Of a stretch of DNA of 64,000 nt, positions 34,709-43,745 are shown piece by piece; within the stretch, counting starts at the first letter, position 1; each line of letters begins with the position of its first letter. The position numbers were made by a program, and so were the translations under genes. Under the pieces are notes generated by a model. The model was not told where the DNA came from and searched no databases. It saw nothing but the letters and a program-made list of their open reading frames with translations. The DNA comes from Nitrospirota bacterium (GTDB lineage: Bacteria > Nitrospirota > Thermodesulfovibrionia > UBA6902): the NCBI GenBank assembly GCA_016234115.1, contig JACRHD010000018.1:20724-84723 (forward strand), in the 5' to 3' direction.

Positions 34709-35959
34709 ATGCTTGAAAAATTAAGATACCTGACAACGGGTGAGTCACACGGGCCGGCTTTGATTTGCGTAATCGAGGGAGTCCCGTCCAATCTTTCTTT
34801 ATCCGGAGAAGATATTGACAGGGACCTTATCAGGAGGCAAAGAGGCTACGGCAGAGGCGGCAGGATGAAAATAGAATCCGACCACGCTCAAATCATGTCC
34901 GGCGTCCGTCACGGTAAAACACTCGGCTCTCCGATATCCCTGCTTATTGAAAATAAAGACTGGGAGAATTGGCGTCACATCATGAATCCTGAACCTGCGG
35001 GGGAGATTCATGAATCGCCCCTGCAAAACCAATCCCCAATCTCCAATCCCAAATCCCAACCTGTTACCCGCCCGCGTCCGGGACACGCGGACCTTGCGGG
35101 AGCCCTGAAATATAACACTCATGACATGCGCAATATCCTTGAACGCTCAAGCGCCCGCGAAACTGCCGCGAGGGTGGCGGCCGGAGCAGTGGCGAAGAAG
35201 TTCCTCGCTGAATTCAATATACGGATTGTCAGCTATGTAACTGAGATAGGGGGAATAAAGGGGCAAGGGGCAGGGGTCAAGGGGCAAGGGGCAGAAAAGA
35301 ATTTGTTAGCGCTATTTAAACAAGCGGAAGCGTCTCCGGTCAGATGTCCTGATAAGGAAGCTGAAATGAGAATAATTAAAAAAATCGATGAGGCCATGAA
35401 AAGGGGCGATACCCTTGGCGGGGTTTTTGAGGTGATGGCATTTGGGGTCCCGGCGGGACTCGGCAGCCATACACAATGGGACCGGAAGCTCGACGCGAAA
35501 CTGTCGTCCTCTCTGATGAGTATCCAGGCGATTAAAGGTGTCGAGATAGGACTCGGGGTCGAGATGAGCAGGCGGTGTGGATCGGAGGTTATGGATGAAA
35601 TATTCTATAAAGGGTCAAGGGTCAGGGGGCAAGGGTCAGGATTCTACAGAAAGACGAATAATGCCGGAGGCATCGAGGGCGGAATGAGCAACGGTATGCC
35701 TATTATGGTCAGGGCCGCGATGAAACCGATACCTACCTTGAAAAAGCCGCTGGCCTCTGTGGACGTCATTACCAAAAAGCCGTTCACGGCTGCATATGAA
35801 AGATCGGATGTGTGCGCGGTGCCTGCTGCATCGGTTATCGGAGAGGCTGTAACGGCAATAGCGATTGCAGACAGCTTCCTTTGCAAGTTCGGCGGCGACA
35901 GCATGGAAGAAGTCAGGAGAAATTACGAAGGGTACATGAAGCAGACGGGTAAATTCTGA
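34709..35959 (+). CDS. aroC: Chorismate synthase, with three repeat-derived inserts
   Basis: [55 protein letters not shown]. Confidence 0.98.
   Translation: MLEKLRYLTTGESHGPALICVIEGVPSNLSLSGEDIDRDLIRRQRGYGRGGRMKIESDHAQIMSGVRHGKTLGSPISLLIENKDWENWRHIMNPEPAGEIHESPLQNQSPISNPKSQPVTRPRPGHADLAGALKYNTHDMRNILERSSARETAARVAAGAVAKKFLAEFNIRIVSYVTEIGGIKGQGAGVKGQGAEKNLLALFKQAEASPVRCPDKEAEMRIIKKIDEAMKRGDTLGGVFEVMAFGVPAGLGSHTQWDRKLDAKLSSSLMSIQAIKGVEIGLGVEMSRRCGSEVMDEIFYKGSRVRGQGSGFYRKTNNAGGIEGGMSNGMPIMVRAAMKPIPTLKKPLASVDVITKKPFTAAYERSDVCAVPAASVIGEAVTAIAIADSFLCKFGGDSMEEVRRNYEGYMKQTGKF
34997..35059. repeat. Decayed REP hairpin plus CAATCCC heptamer arm, in frame in aroC
   Basis: gcgggggagattcatgaatcgcccctgc aaaa ccaatcc ccaatct ccaatcc caaatcc; encodes [21 protein letters not shown]. 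Confidence 0.8.
35260..35294. repeat. In-frame GGGGCAA/GGGGTCA half-array in aroC
   Basis: Encodes [12 protein letters not shown]. Confidence 0.85.
35611..35640. repeat. In-frame AGGGTCA half-array in aroC
   Basis: Encodes [11 protein letters not shown] between DEIFY and [10 protein letters not shown]. Confidence 0.85.
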
Positions 35960-35963
35960 AATC

Positions 35964-37556
35964 ATGAAAATCGTTCTGACAGGCTTTATGGGAACAGGCA
36001 AGACCTCGGTCGGCAGAGAGCTCTGCAGAAAGTTGGGCTGCCGGTTTATAGACACCGATGCGATGATAGAGGAGCGGGAAGGGATGCCGGTTTCTCTTAT
36101 TTTCAAAAAGAAGGGCGAGGACTATTTCCGTAAGATCGAGCATGATGTGGTTGCGGAAGCGGCTCAATGCAACAATATTGTCATCGCTACCGGCGGGGGC
36201 GTCATCAAGAGTAAAAAAAATCTGGACAATCTCGGCCGGAGGGGGTCCATCATCTGGCTTAAGGCGGACCCTGATATAATTCTCAAACGCGTTATGACGG
36301 AGGGCGGGAAAAGGCCCCTGCTCGAAGTTGAAGAACCTCTCAAGGAAATAAACAGGCTGCTTACGGAGAGACTGCCTCTTTACAGGCAGGCGGACGCGTC
36401 TGTCGATACCAATTATATAACTCCGGAAGAAGCGGCGCAGGAAATAATTGAAATGCTCGGACTCGATTCGGAGATTGTGAAGGTTGACCTGAAGGAGAGA
36501 AGTTATGACATCCTTATCGGCAGCAAGGTCCTTCGGAAACTCGGTCTCAGGTTGAAGGAGTTCAGACCGTCAAAGGTCGCGATTATCAGCAACAAGACGG
36601 TATTCCCTCTCTATAAAGACATTGTGCTGAATTCACTGAATGAATACGACATAAGACCGGAGGTCATTCTTATTCCGGACGGCGAAGAATACAAGGATAT
36701 TGCCTGGGCATTACATATACACGGAGAACTTCTGAAGGCGAGATTCGACAGGAGCGGGCTTCTGATCGCCCTCGGAGGGGGAGTCGTCGGAGATATTACA
36801 GGTTTTGTGGCATCAACATACATGAGAGGCATCCGGTATGCGCAGGTTCCGACCACCCTGCTTGCTCAGGTTGACAGCTCGGTCGGGGGCAAGACGGGCG
36901 TAAATCATCCCCTGGGCAAGAACATGATAGGCACATTTTATCAGCCGTCCCTGGTCCTGATTGATGTCGATACATTGCGGACCTTGCCAAAAGGAGAGTT
37001 TTACGCCGGGCTGGCGGAGATAATAAAATACGGCGTGATATACGACAGCGGGCTTTTTGATTATCTCGAAAACAACAGGGAAAATATCCTTTCACTCGGA
37101 GACGGCATAATCCGTATAATCAGGCGCTCGTGTGAAATAAAGGCCGGCGTGGTATCGGAGGATGAAAGGGAAGCGGGGTTAAGGGCGATTTTAAATTTCG
37201 GGCATACTATCGGACATGCGGTGGAAACGGTCACTGCATACAAAAAGTACCTGCACGGCGAGGCTGTTGCAATCGGCATGTGCGCGGCCGCTTATCTGGC
37301 GGTCAGGAAGAAGATATTCAGAAGAAAAGATGCGGAGAGGATCAGGAATCTTATAGAGTCATACAAGCTGCCGTGCGCAATGCCGGAGGACATCAGTATC
37401 GATGCAATCATCAGCGCCATGGAAATAGATAAGAAGGTCAAAGAAGGCAGGCTTACATTCATACTCCCCGAATCCATTGGAAAGGTCAGAATCGAAAAGG
37501 ACGTGGACAGGGAAGAGATAAGAAAAATACTCGCTTCGACCATCGCTGCGTCCTGA
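35964..37556 (+). CDS. aroB: Bifunctional shikimate kinase / 3-dehydroquinate synthase (AroK-AroB fusion)
   Basis: N-terminal GFMGTGKT, TGGG, RPLL; C-terminal GGGVVGD, DSSVGGKTG, EIIKYG, NFGHTIGHA, LHGEAV, DKK. Confidence 0.93.
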   Translation: MKIVLTGFMGTGKTSVGRELCRKLGCRFIDTDAMIEEREGMPVSLIFKKKGEDYFRKIEHDVVAEAAQCNNIVIATGGGVIKSKKNLDNLGRRGSIIWLKADPDIILKRVMTEGGKRPLLEVEEPLKEINRLLTERLPLYRQADASVDTNYITPEEAAQEIIEMLGLDSEIVKVDLKERSYDILIGSKVLRKLGLRLKEFRPSKVAIISNKTVFPLYKDIVLNSLNEYDIRPEVILIPDGEEYKDIAWALHIHGELLKARFDRSGLLIALGGGVVGDITGFVASTYMRGIRYAQVPTTLLAQVDSSVGGKTGVNHPLGKNMIGTFYQPSLVLIDVDTLRTLPKGEFYAGLAEIIKYGVIYDSGLFDYLENNRENILSLGDGIIRIIRRSCEIKAGVVSEDEREAGLRAILNFGHTIGHAVETVTAYKKYLHGEAVAIGMCAAAYLAVRKKIFRRKDAERIRNLIESYKLPCAMPEDISIDAIISAMEIDKKVKEGRLTFILPESIGKVRIEKDVDREEIRKILASTIAAS

Positions 37557-37609
37557 TTTCAGGCGGCCGGCTCAAAGGGGACGGCTTTTTTCTGCCGGGT
37601 GAAATCGCG

Positions 37610-38965
37610 TTATTCCTTTATGCTGTATTTATGCATCTTCCTGTAGAGGGTGGCAAGGTCGATACCGAGCTCATGAACAACAAGCTCTTTGTTGCCCTTA
37701 TTTCTCCTCAGGGAATTAGTGATGACTTCCCTTTCATACTCGGACACCATTGATTTAAGGGGATGGAGCGGGGTATCCTCGGCAGCCGGCTCGCTGCCTG
37801 TTATCAGCTTTACGGGCAGGTCATTTATAGTAATTGTTTGCCCGGAGGAAAGAATGATCGCCCTCTCGATGACATTTCTCAACTCCCTTACGTTGCCGGG
37901 CCATTTATAGGAAATCAGGGCCTTCATGGCGTGCTGATCAAACTCCTTGATATTAGCGCCTGACGTACCTGTCAGCACATTCAAGAAATGGCTCACGAGA
38001 ATAGGGATGTCATCAGCCCTTTGTCTGAGGGGGGGGACCTTTATTTCAATGACATTCAACCTGTAATAGAGATCCTCTCTGAAAGTTTTTTCATTTATGC
38101 ACGCTTCAATGTCCTTGTTCGTTGCCGAAATAATACGGACATCCACTGTCTTCTTTTTTGTATCTCCCAGAGGCATCACCTCGCCTGATTCAAGCACCTT
38201 GAGGAGTTTCGACTGCACGATCATCGGCATGTCCCCTATCTCATCAAGAAACAGGGTGCCTCCGTCGGCCATCACTATCAGGCCTGGCTTGTCGGTTGTT
38301 GCGCCGGTAAAGGCGCCTTTTTTATAACCGAAGAGCTCCGACTCGAGCAGGCCTTCAGGTATCGCTGCGCAGTTCAGCGACATAAAAGCCATGTCTCTTC
38401 TCGGACTCGTACAGTGGATCGTCTCCGCGACAAGTCCCTTGCCTGTTCCGCTTTCTCCGGTAATAAGGACATTGGCGGTCGTGGGGCCGACTTTCTCAAT
38501 GGTCTCGAATATCTTCGAAATGGACTCCGACAAACCTACGATCTCCTTGCAGCCGAATTGCTGGCTCAGTTGCCTTCTCAGCTTCATATTTTCAAATGAG
38601 AGCTTGCTGTGCTCAAGTATCCGGCCTATCGTCAGCTTTATCTCATCGTGCATAAAGGGTTTGACGATATAATCAGCGGCCCCCAGTTTCATGGCCTCGA
38701 CTGCCGACTCCACTGAGCCGAAAGCAGTTATCATTATTACCGGAACGGGCTGACTTATCTTCTTTGATTGCTCCAAAACGCCGAACCCGTCGAGTCCGTC
38801 CATCTTAATGTCCGTTATTACGAGGTCGAATTCCCCGTTTTTCAGCTTATCGACCGCTTCGATCCCGTTGGAGGCGGTCTCTACGGAGTACCCCTCCCCG
38901 GACAGGACAAACTCAAGCGCCCTCCGGATGTCCCGTTCGTCGTCAACTATAAGAATTTTATTCAT
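37610..38965 (-). CDS. Sigma-54-dependent (NtrC-family) response regulator; start placed at MNKILIVDDE
   Basis: Receiver (DD, DIKMD, KPF), GESGTGK, GAFTGA, FREDLYYRL, WPGNVREL, C-terminal HTH. Confidence 0.95.
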   Translation of the reverse strand: MNKILIVDDERDIRRALEFVLSGEGYSVETASNGIEAVDKLKNGEFDLVITDIKMDGLDGFGVLEQSKKISQPVPVIMITAFGSVESAVEAMKLGAADYIVKPFMHDEIKLTIGRILEHSKLSFENMKLRRQLSQQFGCKEIVGLSESISKIFETIEKVGPTTANVLITGESGTGKGLVAETIHCTSPRRDMAFMSLNCAAIPEGLLESELFGYKKGAFTGATTDKPGLIVMADGGTLFLDEIGDMPMIVQSKLLKVLESGEVMPLGDTKKKTVDVRIISATNKDIEACINEKTFREDLYYRLNVIEIKVPPLRQRADDIPILVSHFLNVLTGTSGANIKEFDQHAMKALISYKWPGNVRELRNVIERAIILSSGQTITINDLPVKLITGSEPAAEDTPLHPLKSMVSEYEREVITNSLRRNKGNKELVVHELGIDLATLYRKMHKYSIKE

Positions 38966-40952
38966 CTTCAATATCCCCTGCAGGCAGGTTGACGGAAAAA
39001 ACACTTCCCATGCCTTCCTGGCTGTCGGCCTTTAATTCGCCGCCGAATCTCTTGATGATCTCATAACTGATTGAGAGACCCAGCCCTGTTCCTTTCTCCT
39101 TTGTTGTAAAAAAGGGGTCGAATATCTTGTTGAGGGCGTCCGCCGGTATCCCCATCCCCGAATCCATGTACTGGACGATGACGGAATTATTTTCCCTCAT
39201 GCTCCTGACCGTTATAGTCCCTTTCCCGTCAGGAATTGCGTCAGCGGCATTCAGCATTAAATTGATGAAGACCTGCACGAGATAATTTTCATCTACATAA
39301 ACGGAAGGAATGCCGACAGATAATTCCTTGATTATTCTGATGTCCTTGAGCTTGTTGTCATACTTGACGATATCAAGGGTGGATTCAATCAGGTGATTTA
39401 TATTGCAGTGCCTGAGGTCCATTTCAGGGAGTTTCGAGAGACGGGACATCTGGCTGACAATACCGGAGATCCGCATGATGTGATGGTATATCGTATCAAG
39501 GCTTTCCTTGGTGAAATCATCATCAGCCTTGGATTTCAGTATCTGGGCAAAAGAAGAAATGGAGGTCAGGGGATTTCCTATTTCATGCGCGACACCGGCG
39601 GCAAGCCTGCCCAGGGCCGCCAGTTTTTCCGAATGCATGATGCCGGCTTCGAGCTTCTTGACCTCGGTGACGTCCTGTATCAGCTTGAGCACGCCTATAA
39701 TGTACCCGTCCTTGTCCTTTACGGGCGCCGATGTAACATCAAATGTGCGGCCTTTCCGGCCAAAAAGATCTGCAAATGTATCGTGAAAAATATCCCCCGG
39801 CAAGTCCTCATATTTTGCCTTGACGGGAAACACGACACCGCAGTCGAATCCCTCAACATTTCCGGCCCATTCCCTCAGGGTCTTATTGATCCACAGTATC
39901 TTATGGTCCTTGTCCAGCAGCATCAGCCCTGAGCCTATGGCGCTGACTATGGTGTCGAGCTTCTGTTTTTCGAGCAGGACGGCCTCCTTTGCTTCCTTCT
40001 CGGTCTTCATGCGCCTCCTGTTTATGAGTATCACAACAGAGGCGCCCAAAAAGACCGTCGCAAAAATCGCAACCACGAGCCATGAATAAAGCTTCATACT
40101 CCTCTCCGTTATGGAAATGACTTCGGTATACGGAGAGGATATGCAGATAATCCACGATGTCTTGCCGATATTCACCTTTGAAAAAGCCAGCACCTTGTCT
40201 TCCCGGCTCGGAGCTATGTACCGGCCGAATTCGACATCGCCCTCTAAGACCTTCTTTTCCAGCTCGAAAGACTCGTGGCACCCGAAACACTTTTCATCGG
40301 CGTGATACAGATTGTTTCCTACCATTCCCGGCTGGGTCGGATGAAATATGAGCGTTCCGGAGCCGTCCATCATCCACGCATACCCGCGATCGCCTGATTT
40401 GATGGGCGAAAGGAATTTCTCGCTGATTGTATTGATGTTGATGGTGATGAGAATCAGGCCGAGCAGTTTCCCGTCTTTCCTGACCGGAGTCGTCATCCTT
40501 AATTTCATATCGTCCCTGAGCATATCCTCAAAAAAATACACTTCACCTTCCGGCAGCCTTTCATTCAGTTGCAGCAAATTACTGAAATCCTTCAGCGGGA
40601 CCGGGTCTTGCACGGATGTAAATACCGCTTCTCCCGCTTTATTGAAGACAGTAAAGATAATGTCTAAATTGAATTCCGCCTTTTCAAAGGAGGAGGCAAT
40701 AAATGCCTTTATGCCTTCGTCCTTATAAACCCCCTTTTCCGCCAACAGCTTCGCAACAGATATGGTCTCCACAACCAGATGAGTAATAGTACTGTTGATT
40801 GAATCAGCTATTGTCTTGGCGATAAGCAGTTGCTGTTTATTGTGCTGTATCGCCAGCTCATCGCGAAGGCTTTCATGAAAAATGACGTTCAATGTGATAA
40901 GTAGAGAAACAAGGAATACAAAGATAGCCAGTATTATTATCTTGCTTCTCAT
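38958..40952 (-). CDS. Sensor histidine kinase with periplasmic Cache-like domain containing CxxCH
   Basis: Two TMs, YAWMMDGSGTLIFHP (Cache), CFGCH, AHEIGNPL H-box, N/G1/F/G2 boxes. Confidence 0.92.
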   Translation of the reverse strand: MRSKIIILAIFVFLVSLLITLNVIFHESLRDELAIQHNKQQLLIAKTIADSINSTITHLVVETISVAKLLAEKGVYKDEGIKAFIASSFEKAEFNLDIIFTVFNKAGEAVFTSVQDPVPLKDFSNLLQLNERLPEGEVYFFEDMLRDDMKLRMTTPVRKDGKLLGLILITININTISEKFLSPIKSGDRGYAWMMDGSGTLIFHPTQPGMVGNNLYHADEKCFGCHESFELEKKVLEGDVEFGRYIAPSREDKVLAFSKVNIGKTSWIICISSPYTEVISITERSMKLYSWLVVAIFATVFLGASVVILINRRRMKTEKEAKEAVLLEKQKLDTIVSAIGSGLMLLDKDHKILWINKTLREWAGNVEGFDCGVVFPVKAKYEDLPGDIFHDTFADLFGRKGRTFDVTSAPVKDKDGYIIGVLKLIQDVTEVKKLEAGIMHSEKLAALGRLAAGVAHEIGNPLTSISSFAQILKSKADDDFTKESLDTIYHHIMRISGIVSQMSRLSKLPEMDLRHCNINHLIESTLDIVKYDNKLKDIRIIKELSVGIPSVYVDENYLVQVFINLMLNAADAIPDGKGTITVRSMRENNSVIVQYMDSGMGIPADALNKIFDPFFTTKEKGTGLGLSISYEIIKRFGGELKADSQEGMGSVFSVNLPAGDIEDE

Positions 40953-41092
40953 AGCTGAAAATATGCTAATTTTACCCGAGCGTCAATTTCAGAGGGTTGG
41001 GGTGTTAAGTTCCTTTTTTCACCGCTTTTTCGCTCCCTTAGTATATCATACCCCCTTTCGCCCATGTGCGTGCCCGGCTTATCAGTAGTATT

Positions 41093-41188
41093 AGCATCAT
41101 CTGTGCCAGGTTAAAACTGATTGATCTTTAAACAAAACTGCGAAAATAAATTTGCGATATTGCAAATTGATCCGCAAAGATGCGAATA
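41093..41188 (-). promoter_or_regulatory. Sigma-54 promoter plus palindromic upstream activator sites (module 1)
   Basis: TGGCACAGATGATGCT at 41108-41093; AAATTTGCGATATTGCAAATT at 41148-41168. Confidence 0.75.
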
Positions 41189-41268
41189 ATCTTGCTCAAA
41201 AAATAGCGGGGGATAGAATTCTCTCCTCCCCCGCATGAATTAACCGGCCCGTTATTTCGGGACAATCT

Positions 41269-41607
41269 TTATTGTTTATCCCTGTGTTCAGCCACAATCT
41301 CTTCCTTCTTTGCCTCGGCTGCTATCCTGGCGGAATCGATAAAATAACCGATCGTCCATCCGATAAGTCCGGGCACCGTTATATAAGCAACTGCGGATAC
41401 CGCAATTCCCGCTAACATGGACACCGCAAGCGCTATCCTCGGCAGAAGCGCTCCCCCAAGCGGCGCCCCCGTGACTGCCTGAATAATCTTCAGTCCTATC
41501 ACCCCGCCGATCAGGGAACCTGGAAGCAGTCCTGCGATGACGAACAATACAACACCTGTTCCAATTCCGATATATAATCCTTTTGTTGCCGTCTCTCGTG
41601 GTTTCAT
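41269..41607 (-). CDS. Small glycine-rich membrane protein (paralog 2)
   Basis: RBS aggaaagga; GLLPGSLIGGVIG and PRI motifs shared with neighbour. Confidence 0.8.
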   Translation of the reverse strand: MKPRETATKGLYIGIGTGVVLFVIAGLLPGSLIGGVIGLKIIQAVTGAPLGGALLPRIALAVSMLAGIAVSAVAYITVPGLIGWTIGYFIDSARIAAEAKKEEIVAEHRDKQ

Positions 41608-41627
41608 TTCCTTTCCTCCAGTATTAC

Positions 41628-41957
41628 TTAGTGATTGTTGACCGCCTCATTGGAGCCGGTTTTCTTCTCTCTCCATGCTTCAGGATCAATGACCAAACCG
41701 ATCAGATATCCCAGCGAGGCTGTGCCGGCAACACAGATTACGGCAGCCAGAAGAATTCCACTCAGCATCCCGACGGCGACTATTATTCTCGGGAAGATAC
41801 CAGGCGCAACCGGCGCTCCGAAGATAGCGCCCGATATGTTAATGCCTATCACCCCCCCTATGAAAGAACCATAAAGAAGGCCGAACAGGGCAAAAAGGGC
41901 AAGGCCTATTCCAGCTCCTATATAAGAAAGATTCTGAGACACCGTTCTTTTCATCAT
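41628..41957 (-). CDS. Small glycine-rich membrane protein (paralog 1)
   Basis: RBS aggaggagg; GLLYGSFIGGVIG and PRI motifs; directly downstream of a sigma-54 promoter. Confidence 0.8.
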   Translation of the reverse strand: MMKRTVSQNLSYIGAGIGLALFALFGLLYGSFIGGVIGINISGAIFGAPVAPGIFPRIIVAVGMLSGILLAAVICVAGTASLGYLIGLVIDPEAWREKKTGSNEAVNNH

Positions 41958-41998
41958 TTTATTCCTCCTCCTTCTTATTGTTTAACTGTAATTGATAA

Positions 41999-42093
41999 TG
42001 CATTAATCGTTCCAGCACATAATTCATTGAAATTAAATCATAATTGATTTGAAAATTTTGCAGCATCGCAAATTCTCTTGCATTTCCGCTAAT
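41999..42093 (-). promoter_or_regulatory. Sigma-54 promoter plus upstream activator sites (module 2)
   Basis: TGGAACGATTAATGCA at 42014-41999; AATTTTGCAGCATCGCAAATT at 42054-42074. Confidence 0.72.
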
Positions 42094-42163
42094 GGTTACT
42101 GATTTATTCGGGTGTGATGGGGAGATTAAGAAGGCATGAGGCACAAGAATCAAAGACACCGAC

Positions 42164-42245
42164 CCGCAAAGACGCAAAGAACGCGAAGTGATTCTTAAAA
42201 AAAGAATTTAACGGTTATTTCTTTGCACTCTTCGCGCCTTTGCGG
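42164..42245. repeat. Nonamer-array inverted repeat (CGCAAAGAM), preceded by a degenerate heptamer arm at 42132-42159
   Basis: ccgcaaagacgcaaagaacgcgaag ... ctttgcactcttcgcgcctttgcgg. Confidence 0.85.
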
Positions 42246-42252
42246 TAAAAGT

Positions 42253-43026
42253 TCATTTACTTATATGGCACTTGCCGCAGTCATCCACTGATGAAGCAAT
42301 GTTCCCATTATGGCACGAACCGCAGTATTTGCCTTTGTTCATGGCATCCATTGTCATCTTCCCTGCTGTCTTCTTCATGCCGAACAGACCGGGATGACAA
42401 TTATCACAGGAAAAAGCGGAGGTATGAAATGCATGGCTGAATGCAGCGTCTCCGATGCCTTCCACCCTGTAGTTAAGCTCTTTGTCAAAGCTTTTCATGC
42501 TATGACATCTTGCGCATTCAGAAGAAGGAAACGCCTCTTTCCCATTGTGACAGGCCCCGCAATATTCGCCGTTATCAATATCTTTCATTGCCACGCGGGC
42601 GGTCCCCGCGCTCATCAGGAATATCCAGGGATGGCATTTCCTGCAGTTGTATCTTGATGCGTGCAGGTCGTGGTTGAACAAGGAAGGCAGCGGCGTCCTG
42701 TTAAAATTTATGACCTTTACCGCATGGCAGTTGCTGCAGATATTTTTATTTACGGTCAAATGCTTATGCCCGGCGGCGTCATGACACTGGTTGCAGTGAT
42801 GGCCTTTATTCATATGTATCTGGTGGGAAAAAATGCCCTTTTGGGGCGCGCCGGAAAACTCCTGGTAAGAGTGACATTTGAAACAGGGTAATCCCCCCAC
42901 TGCCTCATCCAGTGAGATTACGTTCACCGGGGGCTCTTCAGCCTTTCCTCCGGATGTCTCATCCATGACAGGAGAACAGCCGATTATAACTAAAGCGGCG
43001 ATAACAGCAAATGCGGCCCGTCTCAT
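42253..43026 (-). CDS. Nonaheme cytochrome c lipoprotein (three c7-like triheme domains)
   Basis: Lipobox IIGC; 9 CxxCH (CFKCH, CNQCH, CSNCH, CRKCH, CGACH, CARCH, CDNCH, CGSCH, CGKCH); FSH motifs. Confidence 0.88.
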   Translation of the reverse strand: MRRAAFAVIAALVIIGCSPVMDETSGGKAEEPPVNVISLDEAVGGLPCFKCHSYQEFSGAPQKGIFSHQIHMNKGHHCNQCHDAAGHKHLTVNKNICSNCHAVKVINFNRTPLPSLFNHDLHASRYNCRKCHPWIFLMSAGTARVAMKDIDNGEYCGACHNGKEAFPSSECARCHSMKSFDKELNYRVEGIGDAAFSHAFHTSAFSCDNCHPGLFGMKKTAGKMTMDAMNKGKYCGSCHNGNIASSVDDCGKCHISK

Positions 43027-43745
43027 TTATCATCCCCTTCTTTTTCCCCGAACTCAAGTTCATACTCGAGGGGGTGTTCATGCTTCATTTCTTTCAGTGT
43101 GATTTTACCAGTAAGCCATACCGTGTTCATGGGGAACTTGTCCCACTTCAGATGCTCATTGTAGAAGTGAAAGAAGAGAATGAACACGATGGCAAGAAGC
43201 GCCTCATCACTGTGCATGATGGAGATCATGTCCCATATCCAGTTTACACTCCAGGCCGGGAAGAGATACGACGCTTCCACAGGGAATGTAAGAAAAAGCC
43301 CTGACAGCCCGATGATCGCCATGCCCCAGAAGACCGCCCAGTAGTCAAATTTATGTATATAGCTGAATCTGCCGAACCTCGGTTTTTCCCTGCTTGCGCC
43401 CGTGAAATACATCATATTTTTTATGGCGTCCGTTAAATCCTTAGGCATTGGAATGAGTGTCGTATCTTTATGGAACCTTATCCGGCCCGACAATATCTTC
43501 CGTACCATATATACGATGTGCCAGATAAAATCGATCAGCATCGTAATGCCCGCAACACGATGTATTATGCCCGCTGTTTTGGGCCCGCCCCACATGCGTA
43601 TCCACCATTGCGACTGTTCGACATGGGGATATTTAAGCGCCCATCCGGTGAAGGCCAATAGTAAGAATGTCGTGAAAAGAACTATGTGCTGGGTCCTCTC
43701 GAGAACATTGAACCGGAGATATTCCCTTGGAAGCTCTTTATTCAT
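43023..43745 (-). CDS. Cytochrome b subunit (FdnI / Ni-hydrogenase CYTB fold), CbcB-like
   Basis: RFNVLERTQH, four TMs with conserved His, KFDYWAVFWG, HEHPLEY. Confidence 0.88.
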   Translation of the reverse strand: MNKELPREYLRFNVLERTQHIVLFTTFLLLAFTGWALKYPHVEQSQWWIRMWGGPKTAGIIHRVAGITMLIDFIWHIVYMVRKILSGRIRFHKDTTLIPMPKDLTDAIKNMMYFTGASREKPRFGRFSYIHKFDYWAVFWGMAIIGLSGLFLTFPVEASYLFPAWSVNWIWDMISIMHSDEALLAIVFILFFHFYNEHLKWDKFPMNTVWLTGKITLKEMKHEHPLEYELEFGEKEGDDK

